Assembly: GCA_963793265.1 (NCBI GenBank)
Contig: CAWBZI010000001.1
Coordinates: 1,088,001 to 1,152,000, forward strand
DNA length: 64,000 bases
Origin: an uncultured cyanobacterium
GTDB taxonomy: Bacteria; Cyanobacteriota; Cyanobacteriia; Phormidesmidales; Phormidesmidaceae
Reading direction: 5' to 3'
Shown here: positions 9,740 through 20,058 of the stretch, piece after piece
Layout of the letters: every line of letters begins with the position of its first letter
Numbering within the stretch: position 1 is the stretch's first letter
The notes under the pieces: generated by a model
Database searches by the model: none
What the model was told of the DNA's origin: nothing
Seen by the model: the letters and a program-made list of their open reading frames with translations, nothing else
Program-made: the position numbers and the translations under genes

Positions 9740-10696
9740 GTGAATTTCGGTACTCCCGTCCCGCTACTAATCGGAATCATTTTGATTCTGGGCGCGTTGG
9801 CACTGTTCTTTTTAGAGAAGTTTCGGCCCGGCTACGAGCGTGACTCTGACAAAGTGTATGCCGTACTGCTGCTGATTTCGGGCCTGTTTTTGCTGGCCCA
9901 CCTCGACATGGAGCTACTGGCTTCATTCCAGCAGCTACTGATGGCTGGAATGCTCACGACGCTGCTAATTGAAAGCATCCGCAACCGACTGCCTCGCACT
10001 GAGCCAGTTTCGCCGCCTTTGGGCAATCGTCCGCCGCCGCGTCCTCGCTATGACGAGCGCCCACCGGCTCGCCGTGTGTACAGAGCTGAGCTAGACGATC
10101 GGGGGGTACCCGTTCCAGCAGGTAGCGCTTTTTCAGATAATCGCCCACGCCAGCCACGGATGGCTCCGGCCCCAGATCCGAGAATGGCCCCGGCCCAGAA
10201 CGAATATTGGCGTGATGAGTATAGCGATCGCCAAAACGCACCTCGACAGCCTTACGAAGAATATCGTGGCCCAGCCGGTCGCCTGCAACCGAGCCCTCAG
10301 AGCGATCGCTACGCAGACAATAACGGTCGTTACGGCGAACGCCCCCCCGCTAGATCCCCCGCTAATTCACCAGCCACTCGTCCGCCAGAGGGTAGACCTG
10401 AACAGCGTCCACCTCAAAACTTTCAACCGCGTCCAGACGACAGAAGGCCCGATGAAAGACGGCCAGAAGGCCCGCCAGCGAACAGACCTGGGAATGAAGC
10501 GGCGCAGTTTTCTGACTGGGCACAAGAGGGGAGAAGACCCGCGAACGGAGATCGTCCAAGCAACGGTAACGGCGGCAATGGCAACAGCGGTGATCGCCCT
10601 TCAAAGGCAGATCGTTCACTTAACGTCCGCCCCTACAGTGAAGCCCCTAAGCTAGATTTGAACAGGCCCGAAGGCGCACCTGCTGAGTCGTCTTAA
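9740..10696 (+). CDS. ycf66: Ycf66 family protein
   Basis: N-terminal TM domain (MNFG..RDSD..FQQLL) followed by long R/P/D-rich tail; follows psbX. Confidence 0.75.
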   Translation: MNFGTPVPLLIGIILILGALALFFLEKFRPGYERDSDKVYAVLLLISGLFLLAHLDMELLASFQQLLMAGMLTTLLIESIRNRLPRTEPVSPPLGNRPPPRPRYDERPPARRVYRAELDDRGVPVPAGSAFSDNRPRQPRMAPAPDPRMAPAQNEYWRDEYSDRQNAPRQPYEEYRGPAGRLQPSPQSDRYADNNGRYGERPPARSPANSPATRPPEGRPEQRPPQNFQPRPDDRRPDERRPEGPPANRPGNEAAQFSDWAQEGRRPANGDRPSNGNGGNGNSGDRPSKADRSLNVRPYSEAPKLDLNRPEGAPAESS

Positions 10697-10732
10697 CAGG
10701 CTCAGGCTTACAAGCCGCTCACGAGTAAATTG

Positions 10733-10766
10733 AAAAGCCCAAGGATGTTTTGATCCTTGGGCTTTT
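10733..10766. terminator. Bidirectional intrinsic terminator
   Basis: AAAAGCCCAAGGAT-loop-ATCCTTGGGCTTTT between convergent genes. Confidence 0.8.
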
Positions 10767-10791
10767 TAGTGGTTGATTCTAATTGAATTGT

Positions 10792-11493
10792 TTAGCGATC
10801 GCCCCGCCCATAGTCCCGCACGTTTTCAGGCACCGTCATACCTTCGATTAGCCGAGGATCGGCAATGGGCGTCCCGGCTGTCGGCGTCAGGGGTAAAACG
10901 CCCGCCCAAACTGGCAAATCGTAATCAGCTTCAGCATCAATCGGAGGCCCAGTGCGAATTTTGGCGGAGGCTTCCGTAATTGGCAAACTAAGCACAGAGG
11001 TTTCAGCCAGTTCAGCTTCGTTAGGCCCCCGCACATCATCCCATCGGCCTTTCATGACATGTTCGGTGAAAGCCTTGAGCGCGATTATTTTCTCTGCTGG
11101 ATCAACGACCTTCTCTGCCTTACCAAAGAGCACCACCGAGCGATAGTTCATTGAATGGTGATAGACCGAGCGGGCCAGCACCAAACCATCTAGCAGCGTG
11201 ACCGTCAGGCATACGTCAATGCCCATTTGCAGCGACTTCAGCATTCGACTAGCGCCCGCCCCGTGAATATACACCTTGTCGCCAGTGCGTCCATAAGCTG
11301 TAGGAATCACAAAAGGCTGGCCGTCTACGACAAAGCCAACGTGACATACCAGCCCTTCGTCCAGGATTTTAGCGACGGTTTTAAAGTCGTAGTGGCCGCG
11401 TTTAGGGGCTCTTTTGACCTGGGTTTTAGCGGTTTTCATAGCAGAGGTTTCCATAGCAAATATCGCTGAGTTGTGGGCGATCGCAAACATCAA
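10792..11493 (-). CDS. Pyridoxamine 5'-phosphate oxidase-like flavin-binding protein
   Basis: ILDEGLVCHVGF, YIHGAGASR, DGLVLARSVYHHSMNYRSVV; true start probably downstream (MKTAK). Confidence 0.88.
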   Translation of the reverse strand: MMFAIAHNSAIFAMETSAMKTAKTQVKRAPKRGHYDFKTVAKILDEGLVCHVGFVVDGQPFVIPTAYGRTGDKVYIHGAGASRMLKSLQMGIDVCLTVTLLDGLVLARSVYHHSMNYRSVVLFGKAEKVVDPAEKIIALKAFTEHVMKGRWDDVRGPNEAELAETSVLSLPITEASAKIRTGPPIDAEADYDLPVWAGVLPLTPTAGTPIADPRLIEGMTVPENVRDYGRGDR

Positions 11494-11514
11494 TAGCTGC
11501 TACGTTAGTCAATA

Positions 11515-11567
11515 AACTGGCTACATCCAAGAGCCAATTTGAGCCAAAAGCATCAGTCCAATTTGAG
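11515..11567. promoter_or_regulatory. Putative MocR-family operator in divergent promoter
   Basis: AACTGGCT..AGCCAATT imperfect inverted repeat plus direct repeat CCAATTTGAG at 11534 and 11558. Confidence 0.5.
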
Positions 11568-11578
11568 TAGACAAACCT

Positions 11579-13178
11579 GTGATAGACCTCGCGCTACAGA
11601 TTGAACCGGAGGCCAGTGAGCCGCTGCATCGGCAGATTTATGAGCAAATTCGAGTTGCGATTTTGACGGGGAGAGTGCGATCGCACCAAAAGCTCCCCGC
11701 CAGCCGCCAGCTTGCCAAATCCTTAAGCGTCTCACGCACCACCGTCATTCAAAGCTACGACCAGCTCATCAGCGAAGGCTATCTGCAAACCAGGCAGGGC
11801 GCAGGCACATTTGTGTGTGGGCAAATTCCCGACAGTCTGATTGAGACTGAGCGCTTCAGCAGTCAAATAAGAGAAGTTAAGCGGGCTACTGCAGATCTTG
11901 CTGCGACGAAGCAATCCCCTGCTGAGAGCAAACCCTTATCAGGGTTGAAACTCTCGGCGTACGGCGATCGCCTCTACAAAACCCCAGATCGCGCGCCCAA
12001 CCCCAATAGCAAATTTAGTTTTGCCTATGGCATCCCGGCCCTAGACCAGTTCCCCATCCAAACCTGGCGGCGGCTATGGAGCAAGCGCAGCACCGCTGAC
12101 ACTTGTTGGATGAACTACAGCCCAGATCCTACAGGCTACGAGCCACTGCGCGAAGAAATTTCGCAATACATCAGCCAGGCAAGAGCCGTATGCTGCCGCC
12201 CTGAGCAAATTTTGATTACAAACGGCACTCAGCAGGCATTGAGTCTAATTGTGCGGCTACTGATCGCGCCGGGCGATGTAATTGCCATAGAAGATCCCGG
12301 CTACCTCAGCGCCCGGCGAATTTTTGACAGCAGCGGCGCAAAGATTCTGCCGGTTCCTGTAGACGAGTCTGGTCTAAAAGTTAATGAAACCGGCGGGCTC
12401 CGTGAATTATCCGAAAGCCTGTCTGAACTTAAAACCCAACCGCCGAGGCTTGTTTACGTCACGCCCTCTCATCAGTTTCCAACAGGCGTACTGATGTCTC
12501 TATCGCGGCGGCTAGCGATTTTGCAATGGGCTCAGCAAAACGACGCCTTCATTGTTGAAGACGACTACGACAGTGAATTTCGCTACCGCAGCAGACCTGT
12601 CCCGGCGCTGCAAGGGCTCGATACCCACGAGCGAGTTTTGTACGTAGGCACGTTTTCTAAAGTCATGTTCCCAGGACTGCGCTTAGGGTACGTGGTGCTG
12701 CCGCCTGCGCTAATGCCGCTGTTTTTACGCGCTAAATGGCTGAGCGATCGCCAAAATTCCTTAATCGATCAGCAGGCACTAAGCGACTTCATTCAGCAAG
12801 GACACTTAGCCAAGCACGTCAGGCGAATGCGAGGGATCTATGAGCAAAGGCGGCGAGTCGCTCATCAACGGGCTAAAAGCAGCGGTTAATCCTCTAGGCC
12901 GTCCCGTCGATATTCTAGGCGACGAATCCGGGCTGCATATTATGGCGCGTTTTTCGATGGAGCAGTCCTCGGCGCTGAGCGATCACAACATCACCGCTCA
13001 AGCTAAAAAGCAGGGCGTAGATTTGTTCAGCGCTCAGCCGCAGTACTATCCGATGCGCGGTTCTACACCCAAAGAACCGCCTATCAACGGCGAATTTATC
13101 TTTGGATTTGGCAACATTAGCGAGCAGGCAATTGAGCAGGCAATCGCTAGAATACAGCCCATTTTGCAGAACCTATAA
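11579..13178 (+). CDS. MocR/GabR (GntR HTH + PLP aminotransferase-like) regulator, frameshifted near 12855
   Basis: LPASRQLA..VSRTTV, YVTPSHQFPTG, EDDYDSEF, GTFSK; C-terminus (SGLHIMA..FIFGFGN) continues in ORF 12840..13178. Confidence 0.88.
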
Positions 13179-13208
13179 CCGGGCGCTGAGCGATATCCTA
13201 TAAGGTAC

Positions 13209-14453
13209 ATGTCCTTCGCCGTGACTATGCAGATATACCTCGATTACAGTGCGACCACGCCCCCTAGAGCAGAAGCGATCGCCGCGATGAATGCCGCGAT
13301 GGTGCAGCACTGGGGAAACGCATCGAGCCTGCATCACTGGGGAAATCGAGCGGCTACCGCACTAGAGCGATCGCGCCAGCAGGTTGCCGAACTCATCAAC
13401 GCGCCTGCTGCTGAATCTGTCATCTTCACAGCAGGCGGCAGCGAGGCAAATAATCTGGCCTTACTCGGCACAGCTCAACGGTTTGTACAGCCGCAACACC
13501 TGATCATTTCAGCAGTTGAGCACTCAGCCGTCAGTGAGCCCGCCCGTCATTTAGAAGCGCAAGGCTGGACGGTCACTCGTTTACCCGTTAACCCACGTGG
13601 GGCCGTGAGTCCCGATCGGCTCAGAGCGGCGCTGCGGTCAAATACGGCGCTAGTTTCTATTATTTATGGACAGAGTGAGATTGGGACGTTGCAGCCGATC
13701 GCTGAGCTAGGGGCGATCGCTCGCGCCCATGGCGCACTGTTTCACACCGACGCCGTTCAGGTCGCTGGTCGCCTGCCGATAGATGTGCAAACGCTGCCAG
13801 TAGACTTGCTTTCGCTCTCCAGCCATAAAATCTACGGGCCGCAGGGTGCCGGTGCGTTATATATCAGCCCAAACCTCGCCCCCGGCCAGCAACCGATGCC
13901 GATCATTTCAGGCGGTGGTCAGGAGCAGGGGCTGCGCTCCGGGACTCAGGCTATTCCCAATATTGCAGGCTTTGGGGCGGCGGCTGAGCTAGTAAACGCT
14001 GAGCTAGCTAGCGAAACGCTGAGGCTGATCCATTTGCGCGATCGCTTTTTCACGCTAATGGCTGATGTGTCTGAGCTTGTACCAACTGGGGATTTGCGCG
14101 ATCGCCTCCCGCATCACATCAGCTTTTGCATCCCGCACCAGCCAGCCGAAACCCTCATCACCGGAAAATCAATCGTGCGGCAAATGAACTTAGCAGGCAT
14201 CGGCATCAGCGCCGGGTCGGCCTGTCATAGCGGGCAGCTCAGCCCCAGCCCCATTTTGCAGGCGATCGGCTACGACGACACCACCGCCAAAAGCGGCATT
14301 CGCCTAACCCTGGGGCGACACACCACCGAGGCCGATGTAGACTGGAGCGCCCTCGTTCTTAAACAGGTCTTGGCGCGTAGCCTCCCTATGCAGGGCCCAT
14401 CTATAGAGAAGTCACTCATACCTACCGCGCAGCTAAACCCTCTGCACGCTTAA
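13209..14453 (+). CDS. Cysteine desulfurase (IscS/NifS family)
   Basis: YLDYSATTP, HTDAVQ, SSHKIYGP, SAGSACHS. Confidence 0.92.
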   Translation: MSFAVTMQIYLDYSATTPPRAEAIAAMNAAMVQHWGNASSLHHWGNRAATALERSRQQVAELINAPAAESVIFTAGGSEANNLALLGTAQRFVQPQHLIISAVEHSAVSEPARHLEAQGWTVTRLPVNPRGAVSPDRLRAALRSNTALVSIIYGQSEIGTLQPIAELGAIARAHGALFHTDAVQVAGRLPIDVQTLPVDLLSLSSHKIYGPQGAGALYISPNLAPGQQPMPIISGGGQEQGLRSGTQAIPNIAGFGAAAELVNAELASETLRLIHLRDRFFTLMADVSELVPTGDLRDRLPHHISFCIPHQPAETLITGKSIVRQMNLAGIGISAGSACHSGQLSPSPILQAIGYDDTTAKSGIRLTLGRHTTEADVDWSALVLKQVLARSLPMQGPSIEKSLIPTAQLNPLHA

Positions 14454-14542
14454 TCGAAAGGCCGATAAGCGTCCAAAGATCGCTAGTATTACAACCAGCC
14501 CCCTCTAAACTCAAAGCAAAAAAGCCCAACCGCTAAAAAGCC

Positions 14543-15335
14543 ATGGACTCTAACCCTTCTGCTTCACCTGAAACGCCCTCCTCAGAGCCTACTGCAACCA
14601 TTCCAAGCAGCCTTCCCGTCGCCACCGAGCAGGCCAAAGCCGCCGTGCTAGCTGCGCTCAAAGATGGTTATGCGCGGCTTCAGGTAGAAATGGCGATTCC
14701 TGAAATTAAGCACCAGCCAATTGCAGAGCAGTTTCTAGAAATTTTTGAGCAGCAGCAGTTTAAGGTCTTTTTCCCGGATGCAGGGGCCGCGGCACTGGCT
14801 CGTCGGGACTGGGGCAATCCTGACTTTACAATTAAAGGCTTAGGCGAACTCATCGAACCAGTAGATGCAGACGATGATATCTATTTGGTCGTTAATCCGT
14901 CTTCTATTGAAGTTGCCGCCGTTGAGTCACTGTGCGACCAGGCGACAGACCAGCCGGTAGTGCTGCTTAATCCGCAGCTAGAGGACGTGGCGATTGTCGG
15001 AATTGGCTACGCGGCCAGACAGATTAGGGAACGATTTTTAAGCCAAATTGAGACGTGCTACTACCTCCGACCCATTGAAAACGCAGCCGTTTATCGCTGC
15101 TACCCCGGCCCCTGGCAAATCTGGCGCGAAACGACGCCCGATCAGTATGAGCTGGTGAGCGATTTGCCCAGTCGGCCTTCAGGTGAAGACATTGACCGTA
15201 TATTAGGCGGCGAAGAGGATGACATCAGCACTGATGGGCCAAAGTGCTGAGGGTCAGAGCAAGGCGAAAAAGGGAGGCCGAAAGAAAGGTATTTTTGCAG
15301 AGCTTCAGCAGTTTTTGAAGGCGTTGAGCCAATAG
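14543..15335 (+). CDS. DUF1995 family protein, apparent frameshift near 15240
   Basis: FPDAGAAALARRDW, LLNPQLED..GIG; C-terminal KGIFAELQQFLKALSQ* lies in the +1 frame ending at 15335. Confidence 0.8.
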
Positions 15336-15338
15336 ACG

Positions 15339-15938
15339 ATGGCACTGATTATTCTTTACTGGGCGCTGATTGTCGTCATGCTAGTAGGGCTGGTGGGCTC
15401 CTTTGTGCCTGCGCTGCCTGGAATTGGACTGATTGTGGTAGCGATCGCAATCTGGACAGTTGCCACTGGAGGAGCGGCCCTGAACTGGGCATTGGGAACT
15501 GCGATCGCTGCTCTTGTCCTCAGCATCTTCGTCAACTACCTAGCCACCTACTTTGGGGCTAAAAAAGTAGGAGCCAGCAGTTGGGGTCAGGCCGGAGCCA
15601 TCATTGGGCTCTTTGCCGGGTTCTTAGGTCTGCTGCCTTTTTTACCGGTCGGCGGCCCGCTACTAGGCGTACTGGTCGGCACAATGTTAGGCGCGTTTAT
15701 TGGAGAATTCAGCTATCGCAAAGAGCTAGCGGTTACGCCACGGCTCAAGTTTGCCAGCAAGGTGAGCATTGCCGTAGTCGTCAGTTCGCTGATTGGTACG
15801 ATTATCGAAGGATTGCTCGCGCTTACAGCGATTGTCGTTTTTGTATTTACCACGTGGTCAACGGTGCCGCCGCTTACTGTATCTTGGCCAGCGCTGCCGT
15901 GGTCAGGCGTTCAGGCGGCTGTTTTGTCTCTCTTTTAG
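15339..15938 (+). CDS. DUF456 family membrane protein
   Basis: FVPALPG, GAKKVGASSWG, GAFIGE. Confidence 0.85.
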   Translation: MALIILYWALIVVMLVGLVGSFVPALPGIGLIVVAIAIWTVATGGAALNWALGTAIAALVLSIFVNYLATYFGAKKVGASSWGQAGAIIGLFAGFLGLLPFLPVGGPLLGVLVGTMLGAFIGEFSYRKELAVTPRLKFASKVSIAVVVSSLIGTIIEGLLALTAIVVFVFTTWSTVPPLTVSWPALPWSGVQAAVLSLF

Positions 15939-16141
15939 ACCATATTGTTCGGCCTATTACTGAAGCCGGTATCATTTGCTTCAGTATTATTTCACCCGGT
16001 TTAACGCTGCCTACTTTACCAAATCTTTTCGGAAGTTCGTTATTTCGGTCAAAGCAGCTAGTTTAGAAACATACGTTAAGCCATAAACATCTTAAATTTA
16101 AGGAAGATTCAGCATTTGCACGGAAGCGGGTTTCATCCCTA

Positions 16142-16921
16142 ATGGTAGCTAAGATAACGCCAGCTCATATTATGTCGGCCAGAGCATCGTCCAAAGCAAA
16201 AGTCGCGATCGCCCAACCGGCAACCACACCCGTTGTCGAAACACACTTCGCCATTTTGCAACTTGGCGTATCTATCTGGAATCAATGGCGAGCCAGCGAG
16301 CCCCTCACTCGGCCAAACTTACGCAAAGCCAATCTCGCTGGCCTTCACCTGGAAAACGTCAACCTTTGTCGGGCCGACCTCAGACAAACCAACCTCAGCA
16401 ACGCCTACCTGTACGACGCAGACTTTCAAGAGGCTGATTTGCGGGGCGCTAACCTCACGCGCGCGGGTTTAATTGGCGCTAACTTGCACAAAGCCAACGT
16501 ATCAGGGGCGGTGTTAAAGCACGCCTACTTAGCACAAAGCGATCTGAGCCAGGCAAATTTCACCAGTGCACGCCTACAAAAAGCAGATCTGCAATCGGCT
16601 TTGCTCACTAATACCATCTTTGACCGCACCCGTCTTGCCGAAGCTGAGCTAACCGGCAGTTTTGATCTCACCAAAGCTCAGCTAGAGAGCGCCAGAGGTG
16701 TTCACTTAGCCTGTTTTGATGCCGCTTTGAAAGTAGAGCTAGGCTTAGCACCCGATGAGCTAGCAGATCGTGAGCTGGCGGATGATGCGGTCGTAGAAGA
16801 AAGATACGAACTGCCGAGCCGTCGACCTTCGCATAAACACAGAGAGTATAAACACACGGAGCATAGACACGCAGATAGCCAAAAGGTAGGCGTTAGGCAG
16901 TCGGTCTTAGCGTCAACTTAA
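16142..16921 (+). CDS. Pentapeptide repeat protein
   Basis: WNQWR followed by A(D/N)Lxx repeats. Confidence 0.9.
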   Translation: MVAKITPAHIMSARASSKAKVAIAQPATTPVVETHFAILQLGVSIWNQWRASEPLTRPNLRKANLAGLHLENVNLCRADLRQTNLSNAYLYDADFQEADLRGANLTRAGLIGANLHKANVSGAVLKHAYLAQSDLSQANFTSARLQKADLQSALLTNTIFDRTRLAEAELTGSFDLTKAQLESARGVHLACFDAALKVELGLAPDELADRELADDAVVEERYELPSRRPSHKHREYKHTEHRHADSQKVGVRQSVLAST

Positions 16922-16961
16922 GCGCGTATGCCTCAAAACAAACGCTCTAACGACACTAAAC

Positions 16962-18164
16962 TCAAACCGTAACCGGTTCACTGCTGTAGCGAATGTTAGC
17001 TTGTCTCAATCGGTCTACGGCTTCTGCTAGGCGATCGCACTCTGCAATCAAACTAATTCGCACGTAGCCCTCACCGCCCTCACCAAACGCCGTGCCTGGA
17101 GTAACCACCACGCCCGTCTTTTGCAGCAGCATAAAAGCAAACTCAGCCGAGCTAAGCCCCGGCGGACACTCCACCCACAGGTACATCGCCGCTGTCGGCT
17201 TCGGCACATCCCAGCCCAAAGTCGCCAGCTCCTTGACCAAAAAGTCGCGGCGCGTGCGATAGCGTAGCTGCACCTCTTCCAAATAGCGATCGGGCAGTTC
17301 TAGCGCCGCTTCAGCCGCCTTTTGCAGCGCGGAAAAGATGCCGTAGTCTAGATTGGTTTTCAGCGTCCGCAGCCCTTGAATGACGTGGCGATTGCCCACC
17401 ACAAACCCCACTCGCCAACCCGCCATATTGTAGGTTTTAGACAGCGTATGGAACTCTACGCTGATGTCTTTGGCACCTGGAATCTCTAGCAAGCTCGTCG
17501 GCTGATAGCCGTCGAAGGCTAGCTCGGCATAGCAAAGATCGTGGATCAGTAAGATCTGGTGGCGATGGCCAAACGCCACCATTTCCTCGAAGAACTCTCT
17601 TGGGGCAACCGCGCCCGTTGGATTATTGGGATAGTTGAAGTAGAGCACCTTGGCCTTATTTGCCAAGTCTTCAGGAATATCGTTGAAGTCGATAATCCAG
17701 TTGTTTTCAGCCTTAAGTGGAATGGTGCGGATGTCGGCACCCGCGATCGCAGGCCCCCGAAAGTGCGCCGGGTAAGCAGGCGTCGGCACCAGCACCACAT
17801 CACCAGGATCAATATAGGCCATCGCCAAATGACCCAGCCCTTCTTTAGAGCCCATCAGCGGCAGCGCCTCACCGTCAGGATCTAAAGAAACCCCATAGCG
17901 CCGGTAATACCAGCTCGTAATCGTTTTGCGAAAGCCCGCCGTGCCTTCAAAAGGCGGATAGCCGTGGTTGCTTTCATCTTTAATTGCCGCGATCGCTGCT
18001 TCTATCACAGGCTCAGGCGTCGGCCCCCCCGGATTGCCCATGCCCAAATCAATCAAATCGACCCCTTCTGCCCTGGCATTTGCCTTCAGCTCATCTAGCC
18101 GGGCAAACACATAAGGGGGCAGCGAGTCCAGCCGTTCAGCCGGTTTCAACCAGTCTAGAGTCAT
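16962..18164 (-). CDS. Class I/II PLP-dependent aminotransferase (AlaC/DapL-like)
   Basis: IDLGMGNP, NYPNNPTG, HDLCYAE, TLSKTYNMAGWRVGF. Confidence 0.9.
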   Translation of the reverse strand: MTLDWLKPAERLDSLPPYVFARLDELKANARAEGVDLIDLGMGNPGGPTPEPVIEAAIAAIKDESNHGYPPFEGTAGFRKTITSWYYRRYGVSLDPDGEALPLMGSKEGLGHLAMAYIDPGDVVLVPTPAYPAHFRGPAIAGADIRTIPLKAENNWIIDFNDIPEDLANKAKVLYFNYPNNPTGAVAPREFFEEMVAFGHRHQILLIHDLCYAELAFDGYQPTSLLEIPGAKDISVEFHTLSKTYNMAGWRVGFVVGNRHVIQGLRTLKTNLDYGIFSALQKAAEAALELPDRYLEEVQLRYRTRRDFLVKELATLGWDVPKPTAAMYLWVECPPGLSSAEFAFMLLQKTGVVVTPGTAFGEGGEGYVRISLIAECDRLAEAVDRLRQANIRYSSEPVTV

Positions 18165-18203
18165 CGAAAAGCTACCTCTTTAAGCCTCAACACCAACCGT
18201 ATA

Positions 18204-19382
18204 TTATTTCGCCCCGCGACCATAGCTAGACGTTGCGGTCTTTTTAGCAGCAGTCTTTGGGGCAACAGATGCCGTGCTACTACCGATAGGCGCAGTCGTT
18301 GAAACCATCGCCGCCATTAGCTGCTCAGGCGAAACGCTAAAAGGCAGGCGATGAATATCTGAATTGGGCTCACAGGCGATCGCAGCAGCCTTTCGTAGCT
18401 GCTGCACTGTCAGCTTATCCATATCCATATCGGCCAAAGACACCGGCAGATTCAGCTCGCGGTAAAACTGCAAAAGCTGATGCCGAGCCGTCGCTGCTAG
18501 CGCATTACCAGGCCCCGTTTCTTCTAAACGAAGCTGCACCAAAATACCGTAGGCAACCTTTTCACCATGCAGCGTGCCGTGCGCCGATACGTGCGTCAGG
18601 CCATTGTGCACCGCATGAGCAGCCACCGTCCGGCACTGCGCGCCGCCCATGCCACCAACCACACCCGCCATCAGCACCGCCGCATCGACCACTTCTTTCC
18701 AGTCGTCGCTACCCGGATTCTCCAGCGCTGCCGCTGACTTTTGAAACAAAATATCGCGCAGCACCCTGGCCTGCTGCACCGCCCCAATTACCATCGTGTG
18801 CGTAGAGTGACCGCTGCTAACAGAGGCTTCATACCATTTAGCGATCGCATCTCCAATCCCAGCCACCAGCGTTTGCACCGGAGCCGTCGCCACCAAATCG
18901 TAGTCCAGCACAATCATCTCAGGGCAGCGCGGCAGCGTCACGTCATACAAAAAAGCACCGTCATCAGAATACACGTTTGACAGCGCCGTCCAGCCCGCAC
19001 AGGTCGCTGCTGAAGTCGGCACCGTCGCAATTGGAAGCTGCCTTTGGTGTGCCAGTAGCTTAGCGGCATCTAGTGCTTTACCACCGCCTACGCCGATAAT
19101 GCAGTCAGCGCTGTGGGCTTCCGCCGCCGCGTGTAGCCTGGTCAAAGCCGTTTCGCTACAGTCGGTTTGATAGGTCGCTGTTGCCACCGCAAGGGGTTTG
19201 AGTGATCGCTTCAAAAAAGGCATCGCCGCAGGTAGAGAATGAGGCCCACCAATGATGAGCGATCGCCTACCCAAACGCTCAAACAGCCCTTCATTTGCCA
19301 GCACGCCATTGCCCCGAATGACCTGAGCGGGCGCAATATTCAAAATCGGGAAAGTAGATAGGGCCATCAAACGCCTGCTCAA
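18204..19382 (-). CDS. Glycerol dehydrogenase-like iron-containing alcohol dehydrogenase
   Basis: GVGGGKALDAAK, PTSAATCA, AHAVHNGLT, HGEKVAYG. Confidence 0.9.
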   Translation of the reverse strand: MSRRLMALSTFPILNIAPAQVIRGNGVLANEGLFERLGRRSLIIGGPHSLPAAMPFLKRSLKPLAVATATYQTDCSETALTRLHAAAEAHSADCIIGVGGGKALDAAKLLAHQRQLPIATVPTSAATCAGWTALSNVYSDDGAFLYDVTLPRCPEMIVLDYDLVATAPVQTLVAGIGDAIAKWYEASVSSGHSTHTMVIGAVQQARVLRDILFQKSAAALENPGSDDWKEVVDAAVLMAGVVGGMGGAQCRTVAAHAVHNGLTHVSAHGTLHGEKVAYGILVQLRLEETGPGNALAATARHQLLQFYRELNLPVSLADMDMDKLTVQQLRKAAAIACEPNSDIHRLPFSVSPEQLMAAMVSTTAPIGSSTASVAPKTAAKKTATSSYGRGAK

Positions 19383-19413
19383 ATGTCTGTTTTAGTCGTT
19401 TCGCATCTCTAAA

Positions 19414-19935
19414 TTATGACGCAGCTGCATTTATCTTGGCTAACTGGTCTGGGTAAATTTCCACCCTTGGCGCGCGCTCCTCAGGCGTTTTACCCTGCTG
19501 CGGCGTCACCCGGCCCACATACACTAGCTCCGAAGCGCCGTCTTTGTGCACCATCCCTCTGGCCCGAATGCTTGGGGTCACCTGCCCCGGCCCGCCAATT
19601 CGACTAGGCTTAAACAAATTACTCGCCGCCTGCTGAAGGGTCGCCTCCAGCTCAGTTTGGCTAATCTCATTAGGCACGGTAATCACCACCTGCGACGAGC
19701 CCGAATCAAAGACCGTTGTATAGGGCAGTGCCCCCGGAATCGCCGTTCGCATCAACGGCTGAAAGCTGAGGCCAAATAGGCCCACCGTAAGCACGCCCAT
19801 AATGCCAGTCGCCCCCACCAGCCGAAAGCGAAAGCCCCACTTGAGCAAAAAAGCCAGTGCCGTCACGATGCCAAATGCGAGCGTAGTTGCAGCCGACCAG
19901 CCAGTGGCCTCAAGAAACTGTCCAGGGGAGATCAT
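19414..19935 (-). CDS. ycf51: Ycf51 (DUF2518) family protein
   Basis: WGFRFRLVGATG, LEATLQQAASNL. Confidence 0.85.
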   Translation of the reverse strand: MISPGQFLEATGWSAATTLAFGIVTALAFLLKWGFRFRLVGATGIMGVLTVGLFGLSFQPLMRTAIPGALPYTTVFDSGSSQVVITVPNEISQTELEATLQQAASNLFKPSRIGGPGQVTPSIRARGMVHKDGASELVYVGRVTPQQGKTPEERAPRVEIYPDQLAKINAAAS

Positions 19936-20058
19936 AAAAACCGTTTAAATGCTGAGCTGCCTTCGATTATAGAGTTCTCGCTCCCACATCGATGCAAGGT
20001 TATATCAACTTAATTAGGGATAACTAAATCTAAGCAACGCTTCTTAAGGCAACCTACC

